Source of the DNA: an uncultured Planctomycetaceae bacterium
Lineage (GTDB): Bacteria > Planctomycetota > Planctomycetia > Planctomycetales > Planctomycetaceae
Assembly: GCA_963976765.1 (NCBI GenBank)
Contig: CAXBME010000019.1
Span: forward strand, 1 to 64,000
Length of the DNA stretch: 64,000 nucleotides
Direction: 5' to 3'
In this document: positions 1-8,448 of the stretch, in pieces
Layout: each line of letters opens with the position of its first letter
Numbering within the stretch: the first letter of the stretch is position 1
The notes under the pieces: generated by a model
What the model was told of the DNA's origin: nothing
The model's input: the letters and a program-made list of their open reading frames with translations, nothing else
Databases searched by the model: none
Translations under genes and position numbers: made by a program

Positions 1-570
1 GTTCTAGACCTGCCTCCTTTCACATATTTACCCAGGTATTGTCAACACGACCTAACAGCAGTGAAGCCCGAACAGGCCGGATTGGACTCAGATGGTCGCC
101 TGCGAAAACTGTGTCGTGAAGTTCTGCTCAGAAGTTTGCAGCCGGGCGGTAAAGTGACTACTTTCCCCGACCGCCAAGTGCTGCCGATCTTGCGTATATT
201 GCTGATTTGGTGCGATCGGAATTTCGGGCCTGATATTGAGGGCTCCTCAGGATGAGAGTCGCTTGGAACATCTGCGACGGTGATGAGAGGCGAAAGTTGT
301 TGTGCACAACGCATGAATGTGGTGAGCTTTCGGCTGTCTGACAGTTGAATGCGTTTACTGGTCGTTGTCTTGCCGTTGGGGAGTGCGAGCGGTTGCTGGA
401 GTCACCCTGTTGGGGGATTCTGGCACAGAGTGAATTGGGAAGTGACTGTCCGTGTGGAATGTCTGCAGCGTCCTGTACGTCTGGGGGCGGGATGATTCCG
501 GACAATCGATTGATAATCGTATTTGGTGCGTGCTCTGTTTGAATGCCACGCACAATCAGGAGTCGGAAAG

Positions 571-1002
571 ATGCTTGGAAGCGTTGCCGCGACGTGTTTT
601 GCTTTGTCGATCGCTCTGGAGCCGGATGCGGCACTTCAGATGGAGGCCGACAAACAGGCTGCTCAGGAATGGCTGATTCAGCATCCGACATTACGGCGGA
701 TGATGGAGCTCCAGAATCAGGAGCGGGCGAGATATGGCCTTCACCCCCTGACAATCAATCCAATGATGTGCCTCGAAGCGCAGCGGCACGCTAACTGGAT
801 GGCTTCGACCGGCTGGTACCAGCACAGCAATCTCGGCTGGCCGGAGATTATTCACTCGGGACCGTACAGTCCGGAGGGGGCCGTCACCGGCTGGATTTAT
901 TCGCCGGCTCATCATTCGATCATGTTGAGTGGTGGGACTCAGGCGGGCTTCGGCTACTCGGTCAAGAACGGAACGCCATTCTGGGTCACCGTGATTCAGT
1001 AG
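571..1002 (+). CDS. CAP (SCP/PR-1-like) domain protein, probably secreted
   Basis: ORF 523..1002. ATG at 571 is preceded by AGGAG. Hydrophobic N-terminus; CAP motifs NQERARYGLHPL, AQRHANWMA and W.YSPAH..IML. Confidence 0.8.
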   Translation: MLGSVAATCFALSIALEPDAALQMEADKQAAQEWLIQHPTLRRMMELQNQERARYGLHPLTINPMMCLEAQRHANWMASTGWYQHSNLGWPEIIHSGPYSPEGAVTGWIYSPAHHSIMLSGGTQAGFGYSVKNGTPFWVTVIQ

Positions 1003-1120
1003 GCGACAGCAGACTTCCTGTTCGGGCAAGTTGGCAGTATCGGCCTGTCGCTTTGACTTAATGGCTCGGCGCGAGTTGCCGAGTTAGCATGACCGCGTCT
1101 CTTGTCAAAAAGGAGCGGTT

Positions 1121-3025
1121 ATGGCTCGGCAGTCTATTGCATTGTTCGGTGTTGTTTGTGTCTTGCTTCATGCTGATTTGTTGGGACAGCCAGTCGCCAC
1201 CGCGTCGGATCGCGCGATTGCGTTGACCGACGGAGTTAAAACCCGGTGCGTCGAAGTTCTGACGGAGGGGCTCCACTGCGACGAGTTCTGGCCGTCAATC
1301 CATGCGGCAGAGGGGCTCACGCTGGGCGGGTACGGGGATCTCGTACGTAAGCACCTTGAACCGAAGCTGGCGACGGAGCTGGATGATCAGCAGCGGTGCG
1401 GAGTCAGTCGCGAGCTGATACGGGCAGGCGATCGGCAGAAACGAGACGTCATGCTGGGAATTCTTGCCGGCAAAGACGACTTCGGTCACGTTCATGCTGC
1501 GGAGAGTCTCTACAAAGTCGAAGAGATCGGCGACGGCATTGCGCTGCGACGGGCTTTTGAACAGACCGGGAATCTTCGCCTGCGAGTTATGGCGGCGGCG
1601 GCTTTGGGACGTTGTGGAAATCCCGAGGCGATGACGTTTATCAGAAGTATCCTCGATCACAACGATCCGGAAATTTATAAACTCGGCGCCTGGATTCTGG
1701 GGCGAATTGGCTCGAGCAGTGACATTCCGCTTCTCAAAAAATACATCGCCAAATGTCCTGACGAACTGACACGTGCCTACTTCGATAACTCACTGGCGGC
1801 TCTTGGTGACGAAGCCGGGCTTGAAGCACTGGCTCAGAGTCTGACCAGTGAGGATCCCGCGGTGAGGACGTACGCAGCGACTTTTGCTGGTGATGCTCGG
1901 GCGGTCGGAGTGGCGGACGCATTGACGAAGATGCTCGATGACTCTTACGCCGATGCTCGATACCGCGCGGCTCAGTCGCTGTTGTTTCTTTCCCGTCCGC
2001 CAGGACTGCAGAGAACTGCGGAAGTTTCGACGCTTTTGTGGAAAGCGACGAAGAAGAATCCGCGATACACCGAAGGCTCGATCATCGAACTGGCTGATGG
2101 GGCACTGCTCTTCGCCGTGACCGAGTTCCAGGAGAGTGGCAGTGACTTTGCGAAAGCTCAGATCGTTGGTCGGGTTTCGCACGACGGTGGCCAGACCTGG
2201 GGATCGCCGCGAACGTTGCAGGAGAACACCGGTGGGATGAACGTGATGAGTGTGACTCTCCGTCGGATTGGTTCAGAAATCTCGATGTTCTATCTCCGAA
2301 AAAACGATGTCAACGACCTCGACATGCTCGTCCGAACGTCGAGCGACGAAGGTAAAACGTTTGGCGAAGCGACACTGGTGACAGCCGACGCCGGATACCA
2401 CGTTGTCAACAATGACCGAGTGACTCAACTTTCGTCGGGGCGACTGTTAGTTCCCGCAGCGTCGACTGACGACGTGAAGACCAGTAACCATTTCGTTTCG
2501 CATTGCTACATCTCCGACGATGGTGGCAGCACCTGGCGAAATGGCAAAGGGCATGTCGATGCTCCTAAGCGAGGGGCGATGGAGCCGGAAGTTGTCGAAT
2601 TGAATGACGGTCGAGTTCTGATGGTTGTCCGGACGCAGCTGGGGTATATCGGTAAGAGTTACTCCAGTGACGGTGGCGAAACCTGGGGCAGGTTGGAATC
2701 ACTCGGTGTGCGTGCCCCAGAGGCACCGTCGACGTTACGACGGATTCCTTCAACCGGTGATCTCGTCCTGATTTTTAATGACACCTTCACTCCCGGAGCC
2801 GGTCACGGTGGAAAACGAACGCCCTTGACGGCAGCGATTTCGTCGGACGAAGGCCTGACCTGGAAGAACGTGGGCAATCTGGAGTCGGACGCAAGCAGGA
2901 CGTTTTCCTACACAAGCCTGACGTTCGTTCGCGACCGCGCGGTCATGAGTTACTGGGAAAGTGGCGAAGGCCGCCAGCTTTCGTGCCGATTTCGATCGAT
3001 TCCTGTCAGCTGGTTCTACCGCTGA
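1121..3025 (+). CDS. Secreted HEAT-repeat + BNR/Asp-box (sialidase-like, GH33-type) protein
   Basis: AAGGAG RBS and signal peptide. N-half has HEAT-like repeats (RVMAAAALG, VRTYAATFAG, ARYRAAQSL). C-half has five Asp-boxes (SHDGGQTW, SSDEGKTF, SDDGGSTW, SSDGGETW, SSDEGLTW). Confidence 0.8.
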   Translation: MARQSIALFGVVCVLLHADLLGQPVATASDRAIALTDGVKTRCVEVLTEGLHCDEFWPSIHAAEGLTLGGYGDLVRKHLEPKLATELDDQQRCGVSRELIRAGDRQKRDVMLGILAGKDDFGHVHAAESLYKVEEIGDGIALRRAFEQTGNLRLRVMAAAALGRCGNPEAMTFIRSILDHNDPEIYKLGAWILGRIGSSSDIPLLKKYIAKCPDELTRAYFDNSLAALGDEAGLEALAQSLTSEDPAVRTYAATFAGDARAVGVADALTKMLDDSYADARYRAAQSLLFLSRPPGLQRTAEVSTLLWKATKKNPRYTEGSIIELADGALLFAVTEFQESGSDFAKAQIVGRVSHDGGQTWGSPRTLQENTGGMNVMSVTLRRIGSEISMFYLRKNDVNDLDMLVRTSSDEGKTFGEATLVTADAGYHVVNNDRVTQLSSGRLLVPAASTDDVKTSNHFVSHCYISDDGGSTWRNGKGHVDAPKRGAMEPEVVELNDGRVLMVVRTQLGYIGKSYSSDGGETWGRLESLGVRAPEAPSTLRRIPSTGDLVLIFNDTFTPGAGHGGKRTPLTAAISSDEGLTWKNVGNLESDASRTFSYTSLTFVRDRAVMSYWESGEGRQLSCRFRSIPVSWFYR

Positions 3026-3041
3026 GGCTGGCGTTGAGCGT

Positions 3042-4574
3042 TCAGCTGTGTTTCGCGATGGCGGATTGAAAGAACGCTTCGGCATCGACTCGAAAAGCGA
3101 CTCGCGATGTGTCCCAGCTGTAGAACATGTGGCCGCCGCAGTAGTTCTTCGTCGTGATGTTCTGAGCCTGCTCGTCTGAAAGCTTCATCAGGCCAACCTG
3201 TCTGCCGGTTGCGTAACAGGGCGTAATCAGGTCGAAAAAGCCGTGAGCGATAAACACTTTCATGTGCTCGTTCAAGCTCATGCCGTAACGCAGATCGTCC
3301 ATTGCGCCGACGGCGGCCTTGAAGACGTGTTCGGCGGCGGTGTGTTGCCACTTTCGATAAACGTCCATGCAGAGCAGCCGGTAGTCCAGCTCAGAGTCAA
3401 CTTTAAGCGTTGTCCGAAGCTGATGATTGATCGCTCCTGTGAAAAGACGACCAATCGAAACGAGTGATGGATCCGGTCCCTCAAAGTCCGTGCGGTCCGG
3501 AAAAGGATCGACTGTGGACAGCGACGCATCGTACAGTCCGAGCACACGGCGTTGCTCGCGGAGCAGTTCACGACAGAATTGCGGGGCGGTAATTCGACCG
3601 GCAGCACGCTCGATGAATGATTCCGACAGGCCGGTCAGTTCGGCCATGCGAGTGATGATCGGCGCCCGTTCGCTTTCGGGCAACGCGTTGCCCAGCGTCA
3701 GCCAGCGACTGAGATCGATCGTCGCAAACGTGCCGGCCATCTCAACGACATCGTCGAGTGAACTCTCGGGGGCGATGTTCCGGGTCAGCTTGTGTTGATG
3801 AGCCGAGGCGACGAGTGACGGAAAGACTTCGACCCAATGGGTGAGGTTGTAGTCGGTTCCAAAGAGCCCCTCGAATTCGATCGCTGGCGAAATCAGCAAT
3901 GCACCACAGAGACCAACTCCGTGCGTTTCCTGAAGACTGCGAGCCAGCTTTGCAACTCGGAAGCCGCCGTAACTTTCCCCGGCGATGAAAATTGGTGACA
4001 GCCATCGATCGTGTTGAGAAAGAATGCGGCAGATCAGTTCGCCCAGCGAATCCAGATCCTTGTCGATGTCCCAGAAGTCGGGATTCTCGGTCGGGCCGTC
4101 GTTTTGAGGTTTTGCGGAATTGGCGTCAGCTGAATCGTTGCCGTTTTTGATCGCTCGACTGAAGCCGGTTCCGACCGGATCGATAAAGATCAGGTCGGTA
4201 AACGTCAGCCAGGTTTCCAGATTATCGATCACCTCGACAGGCATCGGCGGAATGCGGCCTGACTCGCCGAAGGCGACTCGCTGAGGACCCAATGCTCCCA
4301 TATGCAGAAACGCCGACGCTGCGCCGGGGCCGCCATTAAAAACAAACGTCAGTGGTCGCGTCGCGTTGTCAACATTCTCTGCGAAATAAGACGTGTGAAA
4401 GACTTCGGCCACCGGTTTGTGGATCTTACGAAGCGACGTCCACTCGGCGCTCGCTCGATACCGGAACTCGAGACCGTTCAAATCGACGCTGTGATGAGTC
4501 GTCGTGTTTTCGGTTCGAAACGCAGCATGCGACGTCGACGATTCGTTGAAGGGCTTCGTGGATGCGTCAGACAT
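3042..4574 (-). CDS. Serine carboxypeptidase, peptidase S10 family
   Basis: Motifs FNGGPG, FIDPVGTGFS, GESYGG (nucleophile), GFFDLITP and GGHMFY. Confidence 0.9.
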   Translation of the reverse strand: MSDASTKPFNESSTSHAAFRTENTTTHHSVDLNGLEFRYRASAEWTSLRKIHKPVAEVFHTSYFAENVDNATRPLTFVFNGGPGAASAFLHMGALGPQRVAFGESGRIPPMPVEVIDNLETWLTFTDLIFIDPVGTGFSRAIKNGNDSADANSAKPQNDGPTENPDFWDIDKDLDSLGELICRILSQHDRWLSPIFIAGESYGGFRVAKLARSLQETHGVGLCGALLISPAIEFEGLFGTDYNLTHWVEVFPSLVASAHQHKLTRNIAPESSLDDVVEMAGTFATIDLSRWLTLGNALPESERAPIITRMAELTGLSESFIERAAGRITAPQFCRELLREQRRVLGLYDASLSTVDPFPDRTDFEGPDPSLVSIGRLFTGAINHQLRTTLKVDSELDYRLLCMDVYRKWQHTAAEHVFKAAVGAMDDLRYGMSLNEHMKVFIAHGFFDLITPCYATGRQVGLMKLSDEQAQNITTKNYCGGHMFYSWDTSRVAFRVDAEAFFQSAIAKHS

Positions 4575-4885
4575 TCTGGATACCCATACGGTTTTGAGTT
4601 ACCGGTTGACCTGCGGACTATGACCGTGAAATTCCGTCAAGGAAAGTCCCGAGTGTCGAGGAACTCGCCAGGCTCCGCCACTGAGGTCAGGATTGCAGCG
4701 ACAATCCGAGTACTGACAAGCCGGTGCGCCTGAATGATGAGAAGCTGGCTTCGCTGCTTCGATTCAACGCTTGAGTTACTCACGGTCATCGATCGGCGGG
4801 TACGAGTCGCTCCACATGAGGCACAAGTGATTTCTGAAATCGCCGACAGAGCCCGCAACCCTGGTCGGCAGCCAGCAGTGCGGTT

Positions 4886-5128
4886 CTACTGTGGGGGGAC
4901 GAACGATTCTGCTTCGGCGGCTTCGAAGACGGACTCCGGCGCTGCTTCATTGGCCGTTTCGGCGGTTGGTGGCTCGGTCGTGAGGATCATCATGAAAGCG
5001 AAGATCAAGCCCGCGACTGCCCCAATCATGACAGCAGTTGTCCGCTCGACCCCAAGCGATTTAAGGAATCCAGGAGAACGAAGGCGCCGTGCCTGTCTGG
5101 CTTTTTCTGCGGGGCTGATATTGGGCAT
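4886..5128 (-). CDS. Small single-pass membrane hypothetical protein
   Basis: 80 aa ORF with a basic N-terminus, one hydrophobic helix (AVMIGAVAGLIFAFMMIL) and an acidic tail; GAGA-like RBS. Confidence 0.55.
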   Translation of the reverse strand: MPNISPAEKARQARRLRSPGFLKSLGVERTTAVMIGAVAGLIFAFMMILTTEPPTAETANEAAPESVFEAAEAESFVPPQ

Positions 5129-5410
5129 GGGATGGTCTCTCTGGATGTTCCCGACGATTTCGTCCGGGAATACGTTGCTTCTGCGGTAAGGGGACGCCGA
5201 TTCTATGATTCATTCCTGTGTTGAAAATCTGCCACTTGCCCGCAGAATCCATTTCATCAGAAAACCCGGTTATAGACGGAAAACATCCACAGGATTTTTC
5301 AGGATTTCTGAAAATCTGCTGATGTCGGCTTAACGTTTTTTGTTTTTACTGTTTGTGACGGTCTTCCACGTTCTGACGATAATTCCGTCGGCGCTTTCGA
5401 CCCTGTTAGT

Positions 5411-5782
5411 TTGGCTGGAGATGCGGTGCTTGTTTTCGTTTACGGAACATTGCAGCGAGGGCGGGCTTTGCATAAGCATCTCGCGGGGCAACTCTTTGTA
5501 GGAGCGGCGAAAACTCAACATCTCTACCGGCTGTACCGAATCGACTGGTACCCTGGTCTTGTTGAGCACCGATCGTCCGGGCAAGGACAGGCAATTCACG
5601 GTGAGGTGTGGGACGTTGGCGAGTCAGCTCTGAAGATTCTCGATGAAGTCGAAGAAGTGGACGCTGGACTTTACGAACGGCGACCGATTCAACTTCAGGA
5701 ACCGTTCGAGCAATCTGACGTGGTCGCGTACTTTTATCTGGGTGATGTTGAAGGCTGTTCAGAAAACGGCGATCGCTGGTAA
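5411..5782 (+). CDS. Gamma-glutamylcyclotransferase (AIG2-like) family protein
   Basis: Motifs VFVYGTL, YPGL, I.GEVW and LDEVE...LYER. Confidence 0.9.
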   Translation: MAGDAVLVFVYGTLQRGRALHKHLAGQLFVGAAKTQHLYRLYRIDWYPGLVEHRSSGQGQAIHGEVWDVGESALKILDEVEEVDAGLYERRPIQLQEPFEQSDVVAYFYLGDVEGCSENGDRW

Positions 5783-5785
5783 ACC

Positions 5786-6919
5786 ATGTGGCAACTCTTT
5801 CTACACCTCTCTGACGGCTATCTGCTGGCGATGGCTGTGTGGCTGGTGTTTCTGTGTCTGGTTCCGGTGGGGCTGATCCGTCTGCGACGCAAATGGGCCG
5901 CCTGGAAGAGTCGGCGGAATCTGATTTACGCGGGACTGTCCGTGTGGTTGTGTCTTGGGATGCTCACGCTGCCGGAGCTTGGCTTCGCGCTGTTCTACGA
6001 CACGACTGATTCGTTCGACATGACCAACGTGTCGAGACGCTGGTTCAAAGTTCACGTTGATCCCGACGTTCGAGTGCTTGAGTTTGGGAACGAAACGGGG
6101 ATTCAATACCGCAGTGCGTCGGACTTTGTTCTGAACCCTTCGGGCGGTGTGCGTCGCCTCTGTTTTCTGGGCGACAGCTTTACATTCGGGCATGGTGTGC
6201 CCGATGTCGCTGACCGTTTCAGTGATCGGGTGGCGAAGAAACTGAAAACGTCCGAGCAGTCAAACGTCGAAGTCTCCAACCTCGCCTGGCCGGGGACTGA
6301 TCTGCTTTGGGCGGAAGCGGTTCTGAAAAACTCGTTCGCGGTCGATTGTCGGATCGATGATGCCGTTTACGTGCTTTGCCTGAACGACATCGAAGCGTTT
6401 CATGACCCGACGATGGCCAGGAGTTCGAGCCTTTCCCGCTTCGAGCCGCCCGGCTTCCTCTTTCGAGACACTTACTTTTTCAACTGGCTGTATTTCAGAA
6501 CTCAATCGCTGTTTCAGCCGCAGACTCGAAGTTACTACTCATTCGTGAAGGAATACTACCAGGGCGACCCGTGGCTGCGATTCCGCGACGCTCTGGCCAG
6601 GACGTCAACGATGTGTCGTGACCACGATTGCAGGTTCCGGGTGACCATCTTTCCGTTCCTGCATAATCTCGGCTCGGACTATCCGTTCCGTGAAATTCAT
6701 CGTCAGGTCAAAGCGGAGTGCGAGACGCTCGGCATCGATTGCCTCGATCTGGATCCGGCACTTTCCGCTCACGCCGATGAGCGGCTGACGGTCAACCCGT
6801 TCGATGCGCATCCCAACGAGCGTGCTCATGAAATTGCATCCGAAGCTCTGGTTGACTGGCTTACCGATTTCAGCGTTAGAACAGCGCCTTCAGAGAGCGG
6901 GGACGCCGAATCGGAGTAG
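5786..6919 (+). CDS. Membrane-anchored SGNH/GDSL hydrolase family protein
   Basis: Two N-terminal TM helices; GDSFTFG block I, CLND block III, DAHPN block V. Confidence 0.85.
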   Translation: MWQLFLHLSDGYLLAMAVWLVFLCLVPVGLIRLRRKWAAWKSRRNLIYAGLSVWLCLGMLTLPELGFALFYDTTDSFDMTNVSRRWFKVHVDPDVRVLEFGNETGIQYRSASDFVLNPSGGVRRLCFLGDSFTFGHGVPDVADRFSDRVAKKLKTSEQSNVEVSNLAWPGTDLLWAEAVLKNSFAVDCRIDDAVYVLCLNDIEAFHDPTMARSSSLSRFEPPGFLFRDTYFFNWLYFRTQSLFQPQTRSYYSFVKEYYQGDPWLRFRDALARTSTMCRDHDCRFRVTIFPFLHNLGSDYPFREIHRQVKAECETLGIDCLDLDPALSAHADERLTVNPFDAHPNERAHEIASEALVDWLTDFSVRTAPSESGDAESE

Positions 6920-7159
6920 GCGAGCGGGTCACTGGAAAGGCCATCTGACGACTGATACGATCGCTGCTCGGTTTCCACACTTAAATTGACTGGAAATCGT
7001 GTTTCCTTCCCCGCCTGAGTTCCGTCCAGGAACGCTGTACTTCTCTCCCGATCGGACTCGAAATCTGAGTCGTTGTCGTTTGATCTGACGCAGATAATTG
7101 CTCACTCGCTGTCCGTGCTGGCAGCGAGTGGCCGTAAACAAAGCTGTTTTCTTTAAGGA

Positions 7160-8311
7160 ATGTTGATCATGGCCAGGAGTCTTTCACGCCGTAAGAATAT
7201 TTTCTCAGTCGCGTGTTTTTCCGCGGTTGCCATGTTCGCTGCCGTAACGATGTTTTCAGGGTGCGGCGAAAAGAACCCGAATGGCAAAGAGTCGAATGGC
7301 GACTCTCCACCAGTTGGCGGCACGTCCTTTCTTAGCATGGGTACCGCGCCGATCGGCGGCACATTCCCAATCGTCGGTGACGCTATCGCTCAAACGTTGA
7401 ACGCCCACAAAGGGGACAATAATTGGAAGGTTCAGGCCAAAGGAACAAAAGGTTCTCAGGCGAACATCCGAGGTCTGCAGAAAGGCGAACTGCAACTCGC
7501 ACTGTCAAACTCGGCGATCTCTTACTTCGCGTTTCGAGGTGGATCGTCGTGGGACCAGAAGTACGATATTCGAGCGGTTGTCACGATGGCTCCGAACGTT
7601 GCCATGTTCGTGACGAAAGCTGACTCAGGCATCAAGTCAATTGCTGATTTGAAGGGCAAACGAGTTGTCATTGGCCCTGCCGGTGCAGGTTTTGAAATGT
7701 TTGTCGGCCCGATCCTGGAAGAGCACGGCGTCAAGATGGCAGACATCGACAAAGTTAACGCGCCGCAAGGACCCGCCGTCGACATGCTGTCAGACGGTTC
7801 AGCGGACGCAGCGTTCCTGGGTGGAGCAGTCCCGGCGGCTGCGATCAGCCAGGCATGTGCTTCTTTCGAAACGAGTTTTGTTCCGTTCGATCCTGCAGTT
7901 CGGCAGCGACTGATCGACAAGTACCCGTTCTTTCATGCGTTCACAATTCCAGGTGCCACTTACCAGGGACACGAAGAACCGTTCGAAGGGCTGAATGTCG
8001 GATCGATGCACGTGATTACGTCGGCGTCAGCTGACGAAGAGCTGATCTATCAGCTCACGAAAACGATATGGGAATCCCGAGCAGACATTGCAGTCAAGCA
8101 CGGAGCTGGTAAGGCGATCAACGAGAAGAACGCTGCTCGCTACACGGGCACGGAGTTTCATCCAGGAGCAATCCGTTTCTACAAGGAAGCGGGTATCTGG
8201 CCTGAGTCAGAAGGTTCAAACGGTGCGGTGGCTGGCGAAACTGCAAGTATTGAAACGAAAGCCGCTGAAGAAGCTGCTCCGGAAGAGAAACCTGCGAAAT
8301 CTGAAGAATAG
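7160..8311 (+). CDS. TAXI-family TRAP transporter solute-binding lipoprotein
   Basis: Lipobox FSGC; motifs GTAPIGGTF, TKGSQANI, DLKGKRV.IG and FHPGAIRFYKE. Confidence 0.9.
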   Translation: MLIMARSLSRRKNIFSVACFSAVAMFAAVTMFSGCGEKNPNGKESNGDSPPVGGTSFLSMGTAPIGGTFPIVGDAIAQTLNAHKGDNNWKVQAKGTKGSQANIRGLQKGELQLALSNSAISYFAFRGGSSWDQKYDIRAVVTMAPNVAMFVTKADSGIKSIADLKGKRVVIGPAGAGFEMFVGPILEEHGVKMADIDKVNAPQGPAVDMLSDGSADAAFLGGAVPAAAISQACASFETSFVPFDPAVRQRLIDKYPFFHAFTIPGATYQGHEEPFEGLNVGSMHVITSASADEELIYQLTKTIWESRADIAVKHGAGKAINEKNAARYTGTEFHPGAIRFYKEAGIWPESEGSNGAVAGETASIETKAAEEAAPEEKPAKSEE

Positions 8312-8448
8312 AACTGCTCCTGAGGTGTAGGGCGAATTCTGAAGACATGAGCTTTCGAAACTCAATGTGAGTTCTCGGCGTTTGGTGGGTCGGTGCAAAG
8401 GCAGACAAGCGTTCTGCCGAGGGCAGCCGATACGGGGAGCATCCAAGA

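Noticed and set aside
1..520. ORFs in the first 520 bp, and a minus-strand AAAGGAGG at 13-20
   Set aside because: The ORFs lack recognisable features. The SD-like site probably serves a gene starting just outside the window and cannot be verified here.
4639..5280. RNase P RNA-like words GGAAAGTCC (4641) and CAGAAAACCCGGTTATAGAC (~5257)
   Set aside because: They are ~620 nt apart, the P4 halves do not pair properly, internal conserved RNase P motifs were not found, and a plausible CDS lies between them.
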